DNA of 64,000 nucleotides from assembly GCA_965215365.1 (NCBI GenBank), contig CBDCDS010000003.1, positions 1,088,001 through 1,152,000 of the forward strand, read 5' to 3'. The notes below the pieces were generated by a model, which worked only from the letters and a program-made list of their open reading frames with translations, had not been told where the DNA came from and did no database searches. This document shows, in pieces, positions 62,089-64,000 of this stretch. This DNA is from Gammaproteobacteria bacterium (GTDB lineage Bacteria > Pseudomonadota > Gammaproteobacteria > Eutrophobiales > Eutrophobiaceae). A program made the translations under genes and the position numbers. Position 1 is the stretch's first letter. Each line of letters opens with the position of its first letter.

Positions 62089-63969
62089 ATGCTCAGTAAA
62101 CCGAAAATAAATTCTTCAGCCCTACACTCGTATATTCGTACCGGCGTATTTGTCCACGACCTCCTCATGATCCCCGCGGCCTGGTATCTGGCTTACTGGC
62201 TGCGCTTCAACTTAGGCACGATACCGGAGAATTCTTTATATGTGGCCACCGTAATGTTGCCGGTAGTGATCGTCTGCCAGACCGGCAGTTATGTGGCGTT
62301 CGGTTTGTATCGCGGCATCTGGCGTTTTGCCTCCATGTACGATTTTATGCGCATCGGTAAATCGGTTTACGTCGGCGCTTTGCTGGCGACTGTGGTGATC
62401 TTTGCCTTCACCCGCATGCAGCATGTGCCGCGGTCGGTGATACCCTTGTACATCATCCTGTTGTTTATCTTTCTGGGTGGGAACCGGGCCTGGTACCGCG
62501 CCTTCAAGGATCAACGCCTGCGCGCCAGCGACGGCAAGCGGGTGTTAATCATCGGCGCCGGCGAGTCGGCCCAGATGCTGGTGCGGGACATGCTGCAACA
62601 TGCCCGGAGGGAATACCTGCCCGTGGGCATGATCGATGACAACCCTGAGAAAATCAACCGGGAAATTCATGGGATACAGGTACTGGGCCGGTTTGATGAT
62701 ATTCCCGAGGTAGTCATGCGTCATGCCATAGACCTGATTGTCATCGCCATCCCCTCATTGAGTTCCGCCCGCATGCAACATCTTGTGAGTCTCTGCGAGG
62801 ACACCGGCACAGACTTCAAAACCCTGCCCAGGCTGGGCGACCTGATTTCCGGCCAGGTGACCGTGAATGCCATCCAGGAAGTTTCCATCGAAGATTTGCT
62901 GGGGCGGGAGAAGGTTGAGCTGGATCGGCCCGGTATGCGGGACGGATTGACCGGCAAAGTAATCATGGTAACCGGTGGCGGGGGGTCCATAGGTACGGAA
63001 CTGTGCCGCCAGATCGCCGGATTTGCACCGGAGGCTTTGATTATCTATGAGCGTAGCGAGTTCAACCTGTACCGGATCCAGAATGAAATCGAGCGCCGTT
63101 ATCCGCAACTCAATCTGGTTACGATATTAGGTGACGTATGCGAACAACGACTGGTTGAAAATGTCCTGCAACGCTATCAGCCCGACATGGTGCTGCACGC
63201 CGCCGCATACAAGCAGGTGCCGCTGTTGCAGGCGCACCCGGCCCAGGCCGTCAGGAACAACGTCATCGGCACCCGCATTTGCGCTGACGCGGCAGGTCGT
63301 AGTGGCTGCGACAAGTTCGTGTTCATTTCCACCGACAAGGCCGTTAACCCGACCAACATCCTCGGCGCCACCAAGCGCGCCGGCGAGATCTACTGCGAGG
63401 GCATGAATACGGTCTGTTCAACGCGCTTCATCACCGTCAGGTTCGGTAACGTGCTGGGCTCCGATGGTAGCGTGGTGCCGCTGTTCAGGGAACAAATCCG
63501 TGCCGGCGGGCCGCTGACGGTAACCCATCCCGACATGACCCGCTACTTCATGACCATCAGGGAGGCCTGTCAGTTGATCCTGCAAGCCAGCGTGGTGGAA
63601 CAGGAAGGGGGGATTTACGTGCTGGACATGGGCGAGCCGGTCAGCATCGACTATCTGGCAGAGCAAATGATCCGTCTGTCCGGCAAGGAGCCCGGAAAAG
63701 ATATTGCAATTCAATATACAGGCCTGCGAGCCGGCGAGAAATTGTATGAGGAACTGTTCTACAATGACGAAGCCAAGGAAACAACAATAAATGACAAGGT
63801 ATTCCGGGCAAGACATGCCAACGCCGACTGGCCCCGGATAAGGCAGGCCCTGGCGCGGTTGGAACAATCCCTGGACAAGTTGGGAGACGACGATATCAAG
63901 CGTGCATTGGCCGCGATTGTGCCGCAATACAAGGATGCGGATACGCCGGAAATCGTCAAGGTTGCCTGA
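62089..63969 (+). CDS. Nucleoside-diphosphate sugar dehydratase (WbpM/PglF/CapD)
   Basis: N-terminal TM helices, IEDLLGRE, TGGGGSIG, STDKAVNP, VRFGNVLGS.GSV, TRYFMTI.EA, GEKLYEEL. Confidence 0.95.
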   Translation: MLSKPKINSSALHSYIRTGVFVHDLLMIPAAWYLAYWLRFNLGTIPENSLYVATVMLPVVIVCQTGSYVAFGLYRGIWRFASMYDFMRIGKSVYVGALLATVVIFAFTRMQHVPRSVIPLYIILLFIFLGGNRAWYRAFKDQRLRASDGKRVLIIGAGESAQMLVRDMLQHARREYLPVGMIDDNPEKINREIHGIQVLGRFDDIPEVVMRHAIDLIVIAIPSLSSARMQHLVSLCEDTGTDFKTLPRLGDLISGQVTVNAIQEVSIEDLLGREKVELDRPGMRDGLTGKVIMVTGGGGSIGTELCRQIAGFAPEALIIYERSEFNLYRIQNEIERRYPQLNLVTILGDVCEQRLVENVLQRYQPDMVLHAAAYKQVPLLQAHPAQAVRNNVIGTRICADAAGRSGCDKFVFISTDKAVNPTNILGATKRAGEIYCEGMNTVCSTRFITVRFGNVLGSDGSVVPLFREQIRAGGPLTVTHPDMTRYFMTIREACQLILQASVVEQEGGIYVLDMGEPVSIDYLAEQMIRLSGKEPGKDIAIQYTGLRAGEKLYEELFYNDEAKETTINDKVFRARHANADWPRIRQALARLEQSLDKLGDDDIKRALAAIVPQYKDADTPEIVKVA

Positions 63970-64000
63970 TGATTTTGCCAGCGAGGGCATAGCAGACCAG

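Overview
GC-rich gammaproteobacterial chromosomal segment. A host-associated (e.g. sponge-symbiont-like) lifestyle is only an inference from the RTX/Calx-beta surface protein and the high density of MITEs and TA modules. From left to right: the 3' part of a serralysin-like RTX/Calx-beta protein; dprA-topA-purE-tsaC; a nucleotidyltransferase TA-like pair; cysC; lgt-thyA-folA; a TonB-dependent receptor; tRNA-Arg; a complete-looking bacterial sphingolipid (ceramide) cluster with its own LptF/G, flippase and hydroxylase; cofE-cofD (F420); gltX-tRNA-Ala-tRNA-Glu; a type I R-M operon carrying an embedded ImmA/IrrE-peptidase + PIN-like pair; and a rearranged surface-polysaccharide locus interrupted by two type II TA pairs. 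The most unusual feature is a tandem array at 57.1-60.6 kb. Diverged Uma2-family (PD-(D/E)XK) nuclease genes alternate there with a nearly invariant, hairpin-rich ~335-bp non-coding element carrying a near-consensus CRP box and promoter motifs on the opposite strand, which makes it a candidate nuclease/ncRNA module. Two dispersed non-autonomous repeat families (a ~243-bp TA-flanked MITE and a short GGTCACCTCT-ended palindrome family) occur throughout. They often sit at rearrangement breakpoints or abut start codons. All calls are by eye from motifs; no database searches were run.
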